From Candidatus Omnitrophota bacterium (lineage in GTDB: Bacteria; Omnitrophota; Gorgyraeia; JACQQV01), in NCBI GenBank assembly GCA_016206785.1, contig JACQQV010000046.1:19512-83511 (forward strand): a DNA stretch of 64,000 nt, read 5' to 3'. Positions 54,950 to 64,000 of this stretch are shown here, one piece after another (position 1 is the first letter of the stretch; each line of letters starts with the position of its first letter). The notes below the pieces were generated by a model. That model searched no databases. It saw nothing but the letters and a program-made list of their open reading frames with translations, and was not told the origin of the DNA. The translations under genes were made by a program, and so were the position numbers.

Positions 54950-55564
54950 ATGGCACTTTTGGTTTTAATCCGCCACGGACAATCCCAGTGGAATCTTGAA
55001 AACCGTTTCACCGGGTGGATCGATATTCCTCTCACCGACATAGGACGTGAGGAGGCCCGCAAGGGTGCTGAGAAAATCAAGGGGACGCGGTTTGCGAAAG
55101 CCTTCACGTCTGCCCTCATCCGCGCCCATCAAACGCTTGATATTGTCTTGGAGGTCATCGGACAAAAAAATATCCCGGTTGAAAAAGATCAGGCCCTCAA
55201 CGAACGGCATTACGGCGCACTTCAGGGTTTGAACAAAGACGAGATGAAGAAGAAATTCGGTGAGGAACAGGTGAAACTTTGGCGGCGGAGTTACGATGTC
55301 GCCCCACCGAACGGGGAAAGTTTAAAAGACACGGCGGCACGGACGCTTCCCTACTTTAAGGAAAAGATCCTGCCGGAAGTCAAGGCAGGCAAAAATATCC
55401 TCGTTTCAGCGCACGGAAACAGTCTCCGCTCCATTGTAATGGACCTCGATAAACTTACTGAAGAAGAGGTCGTGAATCTCGAAATTGCGACCGGCGCCCC
55501 CATCGTCTACGAAATCGATCCCTCCGGAAAAATTCTTAAGAAAACCGTTCACGCCCTTTCCTAA
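54950..55564 (+). CDS. gpmA: 2,3-bisphosphoglycerate-dependent phosphoglycerate mutase
   Basis: The histidine-phosphatase motif LIRHGQSQWN and the second catalytic His in SAHGNSLR are present. An extended -10 promoter TGCTATGAT lies upstream. Confidence 0.85.
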   Translation: MALLVLIRHGQSQWNLENRFTGWIDIPLTDIGREEARKGAEKIKGTRFAKAFTSALIRAHQTLDIVLEVIGQKNIPVEKDQALNERHYGALQGLNKDEMKKKFGEEQVKLWRRSYDVAPPNGESLKDTAARTLPYFKEKILPEVKAGKNILVSAHGNSLRSIVMDLDKLTEEEVVNLEIATGAPIVYEIDPSGKILKKTVHALS

Positions 55565-55574
55565 CAATCAATTG

Positions 55575-55680
55575 GTTTACTGTTTACGGTTTACAGTGTA
55601 CGGATCACAAGAGACAAGCGACAAGAGACATGTTGCCTGTTGCCCGTTGCTTGTGACACTGTATACCGTTCACCGTACAC
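55575..55680. repeat. Family B palindromic element (copy 3), intergenic between gpmA and ogg
   Basis: ACAGTGTACGGATCACAAGAGACAAGCGACAAGAGACATGTTGCCTGTTGCCCGTTGCTTGTGACACTGTATACCGTTCACCGTACAC. It shares the core GACAT-TTGCCTGTTGC with the comEC copy. Confidence 0.6.
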
Positions 55681-55682
55681 CT

Positions 55683-56519
55683 CTATGTTTCCAAGTGTTT
55701 TCTCACATACGCGTACAGGTACTCCTGCGCGTAACCCGCAGCGCCTCTAAACTTCTTTCTCGCGAAGTGCTGCATTTTTCGAAACGTCCTGCGACGGCCA
55801 TGAAAATAGAGTTTCCTGAGGGCACGCTCGACCCAGACATCGATCGGGAACGCATCCATCCTTCCATAGGCAAAGAGAAGGACGCAGTCCGCCACCTTCT
55901 CTCCGACGCCGGGAAGGGTGAGCAAGGTTTTCTTCGCTTCCTCTGCCTTTATCCGATGGAGTTTCTCCAAGTCAAATTTTCCCTCTGCCACTTCCCTTGC
56001 CGTTTCCAAAAGATACCGGTCTCGGAATCCGGGCCGGATCGGACGAAGGTCTTTGGGTGTAAGGGATGCAAGTCGCTCCGCCGTCGGAAAGGTGTATTGG
56101 CCCAAGCCATTTACCCCGACCGGTGTCCCGAAACAGCCCGACAAGTTCTCTACAAGGGTGCTGATTCTTGAAACATTATTAAAGGAAGAGAAGATATAGG
56201 AGGCAAGGCATTCCCACGGGTCTTGACGAAGGATCCGAAGGCCCCAGAATTCCTTGATGGCAGGAGCAAGAACCGAATCGCCTTGAAGCGGTGTAAGGAT
56301 TTTTCGAAGATCCGAAGATAGGGAAAAATAATGAATCACTTCCTCTTCGGAGGCAGGTGGGTCACTTTCAACAGTGAGGGTGCTATCTTTCTGAGAGACT
56401 TTCCAAACCGAGTCCCCGACGACACCCACATATCCTTTCTCTTCCCGTCTCCAGCGGAACGCCTGGCCGCATTCAAGGGTATGTTGCAAGTTAAAATCGG
56501 TAACGTGGAGTCTTAACAT
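55683..56519 (-). CDS. ogg: 8-oxoguanine DNA glycosylase / AP lyase (Ogg, HhH-GPD)
   Basis: The N-terminus FNLQHTLECGQAFRWRRE is present. The HhH-GPD segment is LPGVGEKVADCVLLFAYGRMDAFPIDVWV. Confidence 0.75.
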   Translation of the reverse strand: MLRLHVTDFNLQHTLECGQAFRWRREEKGYVGVVGDSVWKVSQKDSTLTVESDPPASEEEVIHYFSLSSDLRKILTPLQGDSVLAPAIKEFWGLRILRQDPWECLASYIFSSFNNVSRISTLVENLSGCFGTPVGVNGLGQYTFPTAERLASLTPKDLRPIRPGFRDRYLLETAREVAEGKFDLEKLHRIKAEEAKKTLLTLPGVGEKVADCVLLFAYGRMDAFPIDVWVERALRKLYFHGRRRTFRKMQHFARKKFRGAAGYAQEYLYAYVRKHLET

Positions 56520-56679
56520 ATTTTAACTGTGCCCACTCGTGGCCGAGGGGTGGCTCGGCGGAAGGGCTCCCATTCGGACGAGCGGAAGGGGAACCTCAGT
56601 TGCAGTCAGCCCCCACGGGGGGATGGGTGGAGCGAGGACGAATGGGAAGGAGCCGAGACAGGACCCCGAGGCCAAGCGT

Positions 56680-57246
56680 TTAACCTTCAATTTTGGGAAG
56701 AGTAATCTCCTTCTGCGCCTGGTATCTTCCCTTTTTATCCTTGTAGGAAACTTCGCAGACTTCGTCCGCTTCGAAAAAAATCACCTGCCCGATGCCTTCA
56801 AAGGCATACACTTTTGCCGGAAGGGGGGTCGTGTTAAAGATCTGGAGTGTGGCATATCCTTCCCACTCCGGCTCAAAAGGGGTCACATTGATGAGGATCC
56901 CGCATCGGGCATAGCTCGATTTTCCGACGCAGAGGGTGAGAATATTTCTTGGAATCCGGAAATACTCAGCCGTCCTCCCAAGGACAAAAGAGTGTGGGGC
57001 GATCGTGCAGATCTCCCCTTTAAAATCGACGAAACAGGCCTGATCCAAATGCTTCGGGTCAACAAAGGTCGCCCGTGTCGGGTCAAACACTTTGAATTCA
57101 TCGGAGAGGGTGATGTCATAGCCATACGAAGAGAGGCCTGAAGAGATGACCCCTTGGGTGATCCGACGCTCCCCGAAAGGAGTGATCATCTGTTGCGTCT
57201 TGCACATCTTACGAATCCAGGCATCCGATTTAATGGACACGGTCAC
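56680..57246 (-). CDS. dcd: dCTP deaminase
   Basis: 188 aa. [24 protein letters not shown] and ...[16 protein letters not shown] are typical of Dcd. Confidence 0.85.
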   Translation of the reverse strand: MTVSIKSDAWIRKMCKTQQMITPFGERRITQGVISSGLSSYGYDITLSDEFKVFDPTRATFVDPKHLDQACFVDFKGEICTIAPHSFVLGRTAEYFRIPRNILTLCVGKSSYARCGILINVTPFEPEWEGYATLQIFNTTPLPAKVYAFEGIGQVIFFEADEVCEVSYKDKKGRYQAQKEITLPKIEG

Positions 57247-58865
57247 TCCTCAAGGATCAGTCTCCTTAAAAAAGGAAAAGGAAGGGATCCTTCTTTTAAA
57301 AGTCTTGTGTGAAACTCTCCGAGACGGAAATGCCGCCTGCGTCGGTATTCCTCCCGCAGTTTCAAAATCTCCTGCTTCCCGATCATGTAACTGGAAGGTT
57401 GCGTCGGCTCCAGGAGATACCGACGGATCTCTCGGACGGCAGAATCATGTGCCATCGAAACCTCCCGCTTCAGAAACGCCACCCCCTCCGCCGACGTCAT
57501 TCGTCCTGTATGCAGTTGTGAATCGAGGATCACACGGGAGGCCCGCCAGAGGTGGTTTTTCATGAGGAGAAGATACGTTTTGGAATCAGGGTCAAACCCC
57601 TCCTCCAGCATCATCTCTTCACAATAGAAGGCCCACCCCTCCGCCAATACATCATCCTGAAGAAATTTCCGAATGGGAGAAGGATGGGCATTTTGCCACA
57701 CAAACTGTAGATGATGTCCCGGATAGGCTTCGTGAATGACGGTAAGACGCACTTCCTGAACGGAATGTTCCCGCAAAAGGGCCTGAATCTTACGGGTACT
57801 GCCGAAAGGAGGGGTCACATAGAAGATTCCGCGGGGGTCTTTTTCCAATGGGGCCGGTGGAAGATACGCCGCATAAGGAATAATCGGCCGCTCGTAAATC
57901 GGGGTCTCTGTCAAAAGGAGTTTATCTTTTGCAGGAATCTGGGCGATCCCCTTTTCTTCGATGAAACGCTTCACCTTTCCTAAAACTTTCTGATATTCCT
58001 GGACAAGTTTTTTGGGATGCGGGAGATCAAGGTGGCTCTTGTAAAGGATGGCACGCCAGTCCTGCCTCGGATCGATCAGCCGAGCAACCATTCGGATCTT
58101 TTTCTTCGCCTTCTCCAGTTCCTCCTGGCCCATTTCCAAAAGGGTCTTTGCATTATAAGGAAGGAGATGAACTTCTCTCAGCATAAAATCGAAAAGCTCG
58201 CGACCGACGGCGCTGGACCCTTTTGCCTTTGGCAAAAGGGTCCGTTTCAAAAACTCGCCATATGCCTGAAGGGCCTTGAGGGTCTCTTTTTGACTTTCGG
58301 AAAGATCTTTTCGCAGCGAGGCGGGTAGTGCACTTTGATGAAGCGCAAGATCCTTAAAAAAAGTAATGGAACTTTCGGTAATTTCGTAGGCCGTCAAAAT
58401 AGAATCTCTCGGGCAGACCTTAAGGTTCCTTTGGGCCTGCTTCAAATAATGGGGGATTTTTCTCATCCGGAGCGCAAGATTTCTCAAACGCTCCTCCCGA
58501 GGAGCAAAGACGCCGATGGAAAGGAGGTAACAGGCATCTGTACAGCGGCTGACATAGGAGGCGGGATCGGTTTCCCAGTCTCTTTCCCGCTTCTCCAGTT
58601 CTAGACCTGCCCAGAGATCCTGACAGAGCGCCTGGTAGTCGATCCGGTCAATGGGCTTAAGTCTCGATGGACCGATCTCCTTTCTGAAGGCGGATAAGAA
58701 TTTTGTCTCTCCTTCCAGATACTCCTCAATCCCCTCTTTCGAGAAATCGCCCAAGAGGTCATCGTAAAGATGAAAGCCGTAGTGGGTCGCCTGCATCGGA
58801 CGGGCCCTGAAAAAGAATCGCTTGTATTCCCAGAAGAGTTTATAAAGTTTTTCTTTCTCGGTCAT
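57243..58865 (-). CDS. DUF885-family putative metallopeptidase
   Basis: 540 aa with the motif [13 protein letters not shown] (HExxxGH). It overlaps dcd by 4 bp. Confidence 0.6.
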   Translation of the reverse strand: MTEKEKLYKLFWEYKRFFFRARPMQATHYGFHLYDDLLGDFSKEGIEEYLEGETKFLSAFRKEIGPSRLKPIDRIDYQALCQDLWAGLELEKRERDWETDPASYVSRCTDACYLLSIGVFAPREERLRNLALRMRKIPHYLKQAQRNLKVCPRDSILTAYEITESSITFFKDLALHQSALPASLRKDLSESQKETLKALQAYGEFLKRTLLPKAKGSSAVGRELFDFMLREVHLLPYNAKTLLEMGQEELEKAKKKIRMVARLIDPRQDWRAILYKSHLDLPHPKKLVQEYQKVLGKVKRFIEEKGIAQIPAKDKLLLTETPIYERPIIPYAAYLPPAPLEKDPRGIFYVTPPFGSTRKIQALLREHSVQEVRLTVIHEAYPGHHLQFVWQNAHPSPIRKFLQDDVLAEGWAFYCEEMMLEEGFDPDSKTYLLLMKNHLWRASRVILDSQLHTGRMTSAEGVAFLKREVSMAHDSAVREIRRYLLEPTQPSSYMIGKQEILKLREEYRRRRHFRLGEFHTRLLKEGSLPFPFLRRLILEE

Positions 58866-58968
58866 CGCTCCTCCATCATACTACAAAGTTGCATTTTGAT
58901 GCAATCCCCTTTCTCTTTTTGGGTTCCGAAAAAATGGTGGACAGGAGGAGAGGAACTGGTTAAAATAA

Positions 58969-60369
58969 TTGACCATGGAGAAAATCCAAAAAGCAAACTG
59001 GCTCCACGAACTCCTTCTTACACTTCCTGCAGCGAGACAGCGAGAGCTCCTCCGTTCTGTCCGGAAGATTAGTCATAAGGAAAGAATCCTCTACGAAAAA
59101 CATCGCGGGGGCCATAAAGTCATTCCCCTTTTTGTTCGGCCACGCCTCCTTAAGCCTTTTCAGCTCCGGTACTGTCGAGGCATCATCCTAGAACTCCAAA
59201 AGGCGATCCAAATCATTTACAACCACTATTTCGAAGAGCCCCTTTTTCAAGAAATCCTCCCGTTTCCTGAAATTGAAAAAGAGCATTTCATCCGATTCTA
59301 CCAAGCCCAGGGCCGGGCGCAGACCGTCATGAGCCGTTGGGACGCCGTCTCCGATTATAGCGGAGCGAACTGGAAAAAGTATCTCCGTTTTGTGGAATGG
59401 AACGGGGTCGGGATCGGTGGCCTTTATTATGCCATTGCCGCACAGACCATCATGCAGAAAGCGCTCTTTCCTCTCCTTAAAGAACTGAAACCGAATTTTA
59501 GACTCGTTAAAATGGTAGATTCCCGAGAGCTTCTTTATCGACAGATCCTCCGTCACGCCAAAAAGGTAGGGATCCGTTTAAAACGGGTGGGCCTGGTGGA
59601 GGAGCTCCGCGAACTTGGAGGGCCGCTTGAATTCGAGGAGTTCCGGGATTATTTCAAGAAAAGGGGCCTGGATGCAGTTCTCTCAGACCCTCGCGATCTT
59701 TCCTTAAATAAAGGTAAGATCCTTGCCCGCGGAAAAGTCGTTGAGATGATCTACCGGGACTCTGAACTTGAAGAGATACTCGATATGGAGAAACATGGAG
59801 ACGACATGCGCGCCTTCAAGGAGGCCTTCCGGCGGAACGCCGTGCTTTCTTCTTTAATGGGAGAGTTCGATCATAAAAGTGCTTTGGAGGTTCTCACCCG
59901 CCCTGATCTTGCGCGATATTTTACGCCTCGGCAACGGAATATCTTCCGCTTTCATGCGGTCTGGACAAGACTTCTCCGTCCCATCTTTACGACTGGTCCT
60001 GATGGAAAAAGAATCGACCTCTACGCCTATGCCAGGCGTAAAAGAGAAACGTCGGTCATTAAACCAAACAGGGAATTTGGCGGTAAGGGCGTCACCTTCG
60101 GAAAGAATCTCTCACAGCGCGAATGGGAGCGATCTCTTGAAAAGGCGTTCCGTCATCCAAGTGGGTGGGTGATTCAGGAACAGGCTGAAAACCGGCAGAA
60201 AAAATTTATCACTTCAAGGAGGAGAAAACTTCAGGAAGAATCTTTGAACGTTGTGGATGGACACATTGTGACCCCTGACGGAATTTCCATTATCGGCCGG
60301 GGTTCCCGCCTCGAAGTTGTGAATGTCGCCCGCCAAGGGGGACTTGTTGCTACATTGGTGTATCGGTAG
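58969..60369 (+). CDS. ATP-grasp family ligase (glutathionylspermidine-synthase-like / circularly permuted ATP-grasp)
   Basis: 466 aa. The C-terminal half VIKPNREFGGKGVTFGKNLSQREW...GWVIQEQAE resembles E. coli YgiC [24 protein letters not shown]...GMIVQQFHP. Confidence 0.45.
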   Translation: MTMEKIQKANWLHELLLTLPAARQRELLRSVRKISHKERILYEKHRGGHKVIPLFVRPRLLKPFQLRYCRGIILELQKAIQIIYNHYFEEPLFQEILPFPEIEKEHFIRFYQAQGRAQTVMSRWDAVSDYSGANWKKYLRFVEWNGVGIGGLYYAIAAQTIMQKALFPLLKELKPNFRLVKMVDSRELLYRQILRHAKKVGIRLKRVGLVEELRELGGPLEFEEFRDYFKKRGLDAVLSDPRDLSLNKGKILARGKVVEMIYRDSELEEILDMEKHGDDMRAFKEAFRRNAVLSSLMGEFDHKSALEVLTRPDLARYFTPRQRNIFRFHAVWTRLLRPIFTTGPDGKRIDLYAYARRKRETSVIKPNREFGGKGVTFGKNLSQREWERSLEKAFRHPSGWVIQEQAENRQKKFITSRRRKLQEESLNVVDGHIVTPDGISIIGRGSRLEVVNVARQGGLVATLVYR

Positions 60370-60371
60370 GA

Positions 60372-61505
60372 TCAGTCTTCTGGATACTCGGGGTACTCAA
60401 AGATCTCCCCTTTGTAATTCCGGAGGATGACTTTGCCGTCCCCCATACTGACCACGTAATTGGGACTGATGGGGATCTTCCCTCCCCCGCCCGGTCCATC
60501 AATCACGTAGGTCGGCACGGCATAGCCGGTTGTGTGTCCTCGAAGCCCCTCGATGATCTCGATCCCCTTCTGCACAGAGGTCCGCATGTGGGTCGTCCCT
60601 TTGACAAGATCGCACTGGTAGATGTAGTAAGGACGAACGCGAGCCATGAGGAGTTTGTGCATTAGTTCCTTCATGATAGGCAAGGAATCGTTGATGCCTC
60701 GCAGAAGTACCGTCTGGCTCCCCAATGGAATCCCTGCATCGACGAGCCGCTCGCAGGCGGCCTTCGATTCAGCGGTCACCTCTTTGGGATGGTTCACATG
60801 CACACTCATCCAGACAGGGTGGTATCTCCGGACCATCTCGCAGAACTCCGGTGTGATCCGCTGCGGCAGTGCAAACGGAAGCCGCGATCCAATTCGCAAA
60901 AACTCGATATGTTTAATCGAGCGGAGCCTCTTCAGCATGTATTCGATTTTAGCATCACTCAAGAGAAGAGGATCTCCGCCCGAAATCAGCACATCCCGCA
61001 CCACAGGCGTCTTTTCAAGATACTCACACGCACGATCAAAATCTTCCTGAATAAACAGATACTGTTTTTCCTCGCCGACCAAGCGGCTTCGGGTGCAATA
61101 GCGACAATAGACCGCACAGCGGTTTGTCACAATCATGAGCACCCGGTCAGGATAACGGTGGACAAGACCCGGCACCGGGGTATGGCTATCCTCTCCGCAA
61201 GGATCGGTCATCTCCAGAGGAGAGACGATTGACTCCCTGACGTTCGGGACAAACTGCTTCCGGATCGGACAGTTTGGATCCTGAGGGTCGATGAGTGTCG
61301 CGACATAAGGAGTAATCGCCATGGAGAGCTTATGCTTTGGAAGTTTCATCCCCTCTTCCTCATCGGGCGTCAGTTCAATCACTCTCGCTAACGCCTCTTT
61401 GGTTTTGAGGCTGTTCCGAAGTTGCCATTTCCAGTCGTTCCACTCCGCATCCGACACGTCTTTCCAAAGCGCGCGTGTGGTAGTACTACATGCCGCAATG
61501 GACAT
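60372..61505 (-). CDS. kamA: lysine 2,3-aminomutase (radical SAM, KamA family)
   Basis: The radical-SAM cluster motif CAVYCRYCTRS (CxxxCxxC) is present. A KamA-type N-terminus (WKDVSDAEWNDWKWQLRN) is present. Confidence 0.85.
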   Translation of the reverse strand: MSIAACSTTTRALWKDVSDAEWNDWKWQLRNSLKTKEALARVIELTPDEEEGMKLPKHKLSMAITPYVATLIDPQDPNCPIRKQFVPNVRESIVSPLEMTDPCGEDSHTPVPGLVHRYPDRVLMIVTNRCAVYCRYCTRSRLVGEEKQYLFIQEDFDRACEYLEKTPVVRDVLISGGDPLLLSDAKIEYMLKRLRSIKHIEFLRIGSRLPFALPQRITPEFCEMVRRYHPVWMSVHVNHPKEVTAESKAACERLVDAGIPLGSQTVLLRGINDSLPIMKELMHKLLMARVRPYYIYQCDLVKGTTHMRTSVQKGIEIIEGLRGHTTGYAVPTYVIDGPGGGGKIPISPNYVVSMGDGKVILRNYKGEIFEYPEYPED

Positions 61506-62544
61506 TCTCCCCCCTCCTTTTTGGGTTGCCTAATCTCGCCTCTTTGCGAGCAATTGCACATTCCAGAATCTTCCCAATGACTTCTGGGTATGATAAGCCG
61601 GCAGCGTCTGCCGAGCGGATGAACCCCGCATCCGATGAAATACAGGGATTCGGGTTCACCTCGATAATATAAGGGGTTCTTCCTTTAAGCCGAATGTCGA
61701 CCCGGGCATAGTCACGACAACCGAGAATCGTGCAAGCGGAGAGCGCCAACGAACGGAGCGTTTTTTCAAGAGAAACCGTCAGAAGGGCGGGACAGATCGG
61801 CGGCGTTTTGCGGTACTCCTCAGAAGATTCATCCCACTTGGAGGCGTAGGTGAGAATCTTGGGCTCCCCCTTCTTTGCGGCAGAGTGATCGATCTCCGAG
61901 ACAGGTAGAATCTGAGTCTCTTCACCGTTTCCGAGAAGGGAGATGTTGAATTCCCGGCCGTCGAGATACTCTTCCGCAATCACCGGTTGGCGGTATTCTT
62001 TGACGATCTTCTTGACTCTCCGATGAAGGGCTACTTCATCATGAACGACCGATCCCCTATCCAGCCCCAAGCTTCCATCTTCATGGAGAAGTTTGACGAT
62101 GAGAGGAAAATGGAGTCTTTTCGGCCTCCCGTTCGCCTCTTCCAACACGGCATGGGCCGGCGTGGGGAGGCCGTGGGCCGAGAGAAGTTCCTGCGCCTTC
62201 GCCTTGTCCAGACAGAGCCCAAGGGTCAGAGGATCTGATCCGGTATAGTCGATCCCTAAAAGTTCCAGAAAGGAAGCGACATACCCTTCATAGATCCCTT
62301 CTCCTTTAATATCTTCACAAAGATTGAAAATCACCTCTTCCCGGTGGCGGAGGAGGTCTTCGATAAATGCATCAAGCCGTTTATAGTTCATTTCGAGGCG
62401 ACGGGTCTTATACCCTTGCTCCAAGAGTGCCTTCTCTACCGCCTTCACCTCTACGACGATATCTTCCTGAGAAGGAAGGTACCTCCCCTTCTCAAAGGCG
62501 CTATTATCGTAAAGAATAGTGACGCGTTCTTGATACCTCATCAC
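61486..62544 (-). CDS. D-alanine--D-alanine ligase family ATP-grasp protein (1 of 2)
   Basis: 352 aa with the Ddl-like fold. Representative segments are PLIVKLLHEDGSLGL and YIIEVNPNPCISSDAGF. It overlaps kamA by 20 bp. Confidence 0.7.
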   Translation of the reverse strand: MMRYQERVTILYDNSAFEKGRYLPSQEDIVVEVKAVEKALLEQGYKTRRLEMNYKRLDAFIEDLLRHREEVIFNLCEDIKGEGIYEGYVASFLELLGIDYTGSDPLTLGLCLDKAKAQELLSAHGLPTPAHAVLEEANGRPKRLHFPLIVKLLHEDGSLGLDRGSVVHDEVALHRRVKKIVKEYRQPVIAEEYLDGREFNISLLGNGEETQILPVSEIDHSAAKKGEPKILTYASKWDESSEEYRKTPPICPALLTVSLEKTLRSLALSACTILGCRDYARVDIRLKGRTPYIIEVNPNPCISSDAGFIRSADAAGLSYPEVIGKILECAIARKEARLGNPKRRGENVHCGM

Positions 62545-63565
62545 TCAAACCCACCCGTTTACAGGCGATCGAAAGAACCTCCAGAATCAGTTCTTCATAC
62601 TTCATTCCTTGAGCCCGTGCCGCCTTTGGAAAACAGGAATTCTGCTCCGGATTCGGCAGAATCCCGGGAAGCGGATTCACTTCCAATACGTGCGGCTCCC
62701 CTTTTTCATCCAGTCGCATGTCGATGCGGCACCAATCCCTGCACTTCAAGACCTGAAAGGTCCTTTTGGCAAGATGAGACAGTTTTCGTTCAAGGGTATA
62801 AGGAATCTTTGCGGGACACTCAAAGATACGGAGAGGGGACTTCGGGGTATCCCACACCCACTTCGCTTCATAAGAATAGATCGGATGGGCTCCTCTTGGG
62901 AGTGTGTTCAAATTGATTTCGACAACCGGAAGGACTTCAAGAGAAGAGTCGTTCCCCAAGAGGGCGAGGGTAAATTCCCTGCCGGGAAGGAATTTTTCAA
63001 TAAGAGCGGGCTCTTGGTATCGTTCAAGGACAAACTTGACCTGCTTCCGGAGCTCCTGCGGCGTTTCTACAACCGCCTTGTCCAGAATCCCTTTGCTGGA
63101 ACCTTCCCAGAGCGGTTTGACAATAAGAGGAAAGGTGAGGCCGTTTAAATAGTAGTCGGTCTCTTCGCAGACCAGAAAATCGGGGGTTGCAATTCCGAAT
63201 TGGCGCAAGACCCGCTTGGTCCAAGCCTTGTCTAAGGCGACCGAGAGGGTTTCTGGACCGGAACCGGTATAAGGAATGCCGAGGGAGTCTAAGAGGGCTG
63301 GGATTTCTGCTTCGCGGAGAGGGCCAAAGCGTCCTTCCGCAATATTGAAGACGATGTCGGGTTCTTCCCTCCTGAACGCCTGAACCGACCGTTCATCCGC
63401 TTCGATCAGGACAACGTCATGGCGCTTCCGAAGGGCCGCGGCAATCGCTGTGATCGTCTCGGCGTCATCCCACTCTAAGTAGGTGTCTTCCGGAAGAGAA
63501 ACTCCCCTCCCGTTTCTGCCGCCCAGAAGGGGCCTTTTTTCGTTAAACGTTAACCCAACCTTCAT
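62504..63565 (-). CDS. D-alanine--D-alanine ligase family ATP-grasp protein (2 of 2)
   Basis: 353 aa, paralogous to the previous gene (PLIVKPLWEGSSKGI; HVLEVNPLPGILPNPEQ). Confidence 0.7.
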   Translation of the reverse strand: MKVGLTFNEKRPLLGGRNGRGVSLPEDTYLEWDDAETITAIAAALRKRHDVVLIEADERSVQAFRREEPDIVFNIAEGRFGPLREAEIPALLDSLGIPYTGSGPETLSVALDKAWTKRVLRQFGIATPDFLVCEETDYYLNGLTFPLIVKPLWEGSSKGILDKAVVETPQELRKQVKFVLERYQEPALIEKFLPGREFTLALLGNDSSLEVLPVVEINLNTLPRGAHPIYSYEAKWVWDTPKSPLRIFECPAKIPYTLERKLSHLAKRTFQVLKCRDWCRIDMRLDEKGEPHVLEVNPLPGILPNPEQNSCFPKAARAQGMKYEELILEVLSIACKRVGLSDEVSRTRHYSLR

Positions 63566-63585
63566 CGTCGCGTCACAGCTACTCT

Positions 63586-63915
63586 TTAGAGACTTTCTCC
63601 AAAAAGCGAAGCCTTTTCTTTCATGGTGCTCTTTAAGATCGCATTCACCAGCCTAAGCACCCGAAAGACCCGATCGTCCGCCACCGAATAATAGACGTTG
63701 GCTCCCTCCTGTCGAGAAACGAGGATGTTGGCCTGCTTGAGAGCCGCGAGGTGACGCGACACGTTGGATTGTCCGATTCCAATCGTGGAGACGATGTCTC
63801 CGACAATTTTTTCTCCGTCTTTGAGGTATTCGATGATTTCAAGCCGTACCGGATGCGACAGCGCCTTCAAGAAATTGGATTTGAAACTCTGCCGGGCGAC
63901 TTGAGCGTTCACCAT
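63586..63915 (-). CDS. ArsR/SmtB-family transcriptional regulator
   Basis: 109 aa. LKALSHPVRLEIIEYL, then the HTH IVSTIGIGQSNVSRHLAALKQANIL. Confidence 0.8.
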   Translation of the reverse strand: MVNAQVARQSFKSNFLKALSHPVRLEIIEYLKDGEKIVGDIVSTIGIGQSNVSRHLAALKQANILVSRQEGANVYYSVADDRVFRVLRLVNAILKSTMKEKASLFGESL

Positions 63916-64000
63916 CCCAAAACTCCTATATCTACATATCCCTCTTTCAACCTATAGAGATATTAGCATATGGCTATTTGCTTGTCAAGTCCTTTTTGCA

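Noticed and set aside
56545-56660. Apparent long-range pairing GGCCGAGGGG ... CCCCGAGGCC in the ogg-dcd spacer.
   Set aside because: The two segments are mirror images, not reverse complements, so they cannot base-pair.
1-64000. Insertion sequences, integrases or phage modules.
   Set aside because: No transposase, integrase, capsid or terminase motifs were recognised. The repeats present are short, non-coding palindromes.

Overview
This 64-kb window is a bacterial chromosomal segment of moderate GC content (~50%, judged by eye). It is very densely coded and almost entirely transcribed from the minus strand. Plus-strand genes are only rpsT, gpmA, one ATP-grasp gene and two tRNAs, tRNA-Ala(GGC) and tRNA-Leu(CAA).

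Recognisable content is mostly housekeeping and diderm envelope genes:
- clpC (partial) with mcsB and mcsA
- ilvE, lolCD, lysS, lnt, secA
- an M48 lipoprotein protease
- prfB with its conserved +1 programmed frameshift
- an AST-like arginine catabolism cluster (AstB-like, astD, astA, M20 deacylase)
- uvrC, murJ, rpsT, holA, lptE-like
- a PilZ gene, comEC, comEA, leuS
- accA, an L,D-transpeptidase, pilT, mnmE, folC, purH, pabC-like, pabB
- a YchF-like GTPase, gpmA, ogg, dcd, and a DUF885 protein

The stand-out accessory locus is a three-gene minus-strand operon at 32628..43327. It encodes:
- a 2681-aa signal-peptide-bearing giant multi-domain protein, carrying PIG-L/LmbE deacetylase-like, two left-handed beta-helix, PP2C phosphatase-like and unknown domains
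- a 337-aa secreted protein
- a 579-aa secreted paralogue of the giant protein's N-terminal ~570-aa domain

A second unusual locus at the 3' end combines lysine 2,3-aminomutase (radical SAM) with three ATP-grasp ligases and an ArsR-family regulator.

Three families of short imperfect palindromic (REP/MITE-like) repeats are present:
- Family A supplies or abuts stop codons of upstream genes.
- Family B has one copy read through in frame inside comEC.
- Family C has one copy forming a C-terminal extension of folC.

No rRNA, CRISPR array, transposase or integrase was recognised. All calls rest on by-eye motif recognition; no database search was possible.
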